From positions 1-14,494 of the forward strand of contig JAZDIN010000048.1 of NCBI GenBank assembly GCA_043804895.1: a DNA stretch of 14,494 nt, given 5' to 3'. A model generated the notes under the pieces. The model had not been told where the DNA came from, did no database searches, and saw only the letters and a program-made list of their open reading frames with translations. The stretch comes from Candidatus Altiarchaeota archaeon (lineage in GTDB: Archaea; Altiarchaeota; Altiarchaeia; IMC4; SCGC-AAA252-I15). Position numbers and translations under genes: made by a program. How positions within the stretch are numbered: the stretch's first letter is position 1; each line of letters starts with the position of its first letter. Below, in pieces: positions 12,964 to 14,494 of the stretch.

Positions 12964-14494
12964 CTATTCTGTCTTTGGCTCGCTTATTATCATCTTCTGT
13001 CCGGCCCTGACGTATAGGACGTCTTTGTCTTTGAACCTGTTGAAGAACTTTTCCCCTTCTGATTCTATTTTAGGTATGGAAAGGCCTAGAATGAGTATGT
13101 CTGCGGCTGCTGATTGTTCAGCTATGAGTGCTTCTATGGTTGTTTCCTCTTCGTCATATCTGAGTTCCTGGATTATGTCTTTTGAGAGCGGTATATCTCC
13201 GGATTCTATTAGAGTGGTTAGTTTTTGCAGGTGGTCGTCCATGTGATTTGTGTGGAATGTGGCGAATATTTCAATTGTGGATCCCTTCCATTCTGGATGT
13301 TCATTCAGTATGTATGCTAGAGTAGCCATAAGTCTCGCATTGCGATAGTCCTCAGGGGTAAGCCAGACATGTATCTTTTTTCGATAGCCGAATCGTTTCT
13401 CAGAGGGTTGTAGTATGCAGATATTGAAACTCATCATTGCGGTTAGGCGACAGGCGTCTATAATGTTTTTGGTGCTGTCCTTGTCTTCGGCATCATATTC
13501 GATGAGAAGGCCATTGTTTTCCATCCCAGATATGCCTGGCATCTGTACGATCATCTCTACGGCAGACTTGAATGTGGGCGCTATGATGGTGTCGACATAT
13601 AGGGATGATTTGCTTGACTGTCCGATGTTCACTAAATCCTCCAAATCCTGTTTGGCTGTTCTCTTCGTATCCTGTAGGAGCTCCCCCTTGATGTAGTGGA
13701 TGTATGTCCCAAATCCGTAGTAGTGTGAGAACCATCTTAATAGGTCAAATAATGCAAGGCGCTTGAATGATGTTGATGAGAGGCTGATGAAGGAAGGCCT
13801 CCATCCAGTGAATGATACTTCCATTTGGTGGTGTTGTATCATTACGCGAAGTTTGCGGGTTAGCTGGAAGAATGCTCCTGAGACCATGTCTGAGAGGTCG
13901 TATTCGTTGGATCTGCTTTGCTTGATACTGACATATATGCCTCCTATAGCCAGCAGGGACAGTGATGCATAGAGGGGAGACATCTGAAACATCATGAAGA
14001 GACATATGAGGGCTCCTGATAAGGAGAGATACCATTTTGTCCTGAACGTTGGTTGGTAGGATAGGTTTCCTGCGAAATGCTGCAAAAAGCTAACAAGGCA
14101 TACGGCGCCGTATGTTATCATGAAGAACATGCTGATTATCTGCGCTACGAAATCGACGGTGCCTATGAATACGAAGAATAATGCTATTATAGCAGTCACA
14201 AATGTTGCATTTGACGGTTCATTCGCTTCCCCGATTCCCTTGCTCAAGTAGTGGTTCAGCGTCTTTGATGGAAAAATCCTATCCTTGGCTAATGCCTGCA
14301 TAGTGCGTGGCGCTATGAGGAGGGAGCCAATTGCGGAAGACAGTGTTGCGCACGCCAGACCGATGAGGATGAGCGGGCCCCACAATGCAATCTTGCCCAT
14401 GATTAGCTGGTCAGCTGCTAAATCCTCAGGTGACGCTGAAAGGGAAAGTTTTATCACAACAAGGAAGTATACAACCATTCCAACTAAGGTAGCG
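12964..14494 (-). CDS. APC-superfamily permease of the cation-chloride cotransporter (SLC12A-like) type, C-terminal part (5' end outside window)
   Basis: ATLSSAIGSLLIAPRTMQALAKD, AQIISMFFMITYG, SYQPTFR, GWRP, IVQMPGISGMENN, IHVW and a long cytoplasmic C-domain. Frame is open to the window edge. Confidence 0.9.
   Translation of the reverse strand, partial: ATLVGMVVYFLVVIKLSLSASPEDLAADQLIMGKIALWGPLILIGLACATLSSAIGSLLIAPRTMQALAKDRIFPSKTLNHYLSKGIGEANEPSNATFVTAIIALFFVFIGTVDFVAQIISMFFMITYGAVCLVSFLQHFAGNLSYQPTFRTKWYLSLSGALICLFMMFQMSPLYASLSLLAIGGIYVSIKQSRSNEYDLSDMVSGAFFQLTRKLRVMIQHHQMEVSFTGWRPSFISLSSTSFKRLALFDLLRWFSHYYGFGTYIHYIKGELLQDTKRTAKQDLEDLVNIGQSSKSSLYVDTIIAPTFKSAVEMIVQMPGISGMENNGLLIEYDAEDKDSTKNIIDACRLTAMMSFNICILQPSEKRFGYRKKIHVWLTPEDYRNARLMATLAYILNEHPEWKGSTIEIFATFHTNHMDDHLQKLTTLIESGDIPLSKDIIQELRYDEEETTIEALIAEQSAAADILILGLSIPKIESEGEKFFNRFKDKDVLYVRAGQKMIISEPKTE

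Overview
Archaeal chromosomal window. Evidence: tRNAs lacking encoded CCA, 37/38 introns with bulge-helix-bulge (BHB)-type junctions, Cbf5, eL14 and TATA boxes. The Cys/Thr-rich surface proteins suggest an Altiarchaeota-like host, which is inference only. Nearly all genes are on the minus strand: a partial SLC12-like permease, tRNA-Leu(UAG), an apparently frameshifted PAP2/Aur1-like gene, a four-gene UDP-2,3-diacetamido-2,3-dideoxyglucuronate pathway (WbpD/E/B/A-like), a secreted Cys-rich protein, rpl14e-cbf5-trm112, tRNA-Ser(GCU), tRNA-Ala(GGC), an orphan ADP-ribosyltransferase-fold (Tpt1/KptA-like) ORF, tRNA-Pro(GGG), a Cys-rich membrane protein, tRNA-Thr(UGU), an OB-fold membrane protein and a partial trkH. 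The standout signal is a set of about 50-bp hairpin repeat families (here A, B, C) found only at tRNA processing boundaries. Family C forms a 52/54-identical 5' part of the introns of two unrelated tRNAs (Thr, Leu) 11 kb apart, and also abuts the 3' ends of tRNA-Ser and tRNA-Leu. Family A abuts the 3' ends of tRNA-Pro and tRNA-Ala. Family B is inserted inside one A copy and one C copy, with the matching empty sites in the same window. Stems show compensatory changes. No transposase or integrase is present, so mobility and its mechanism are inferred.
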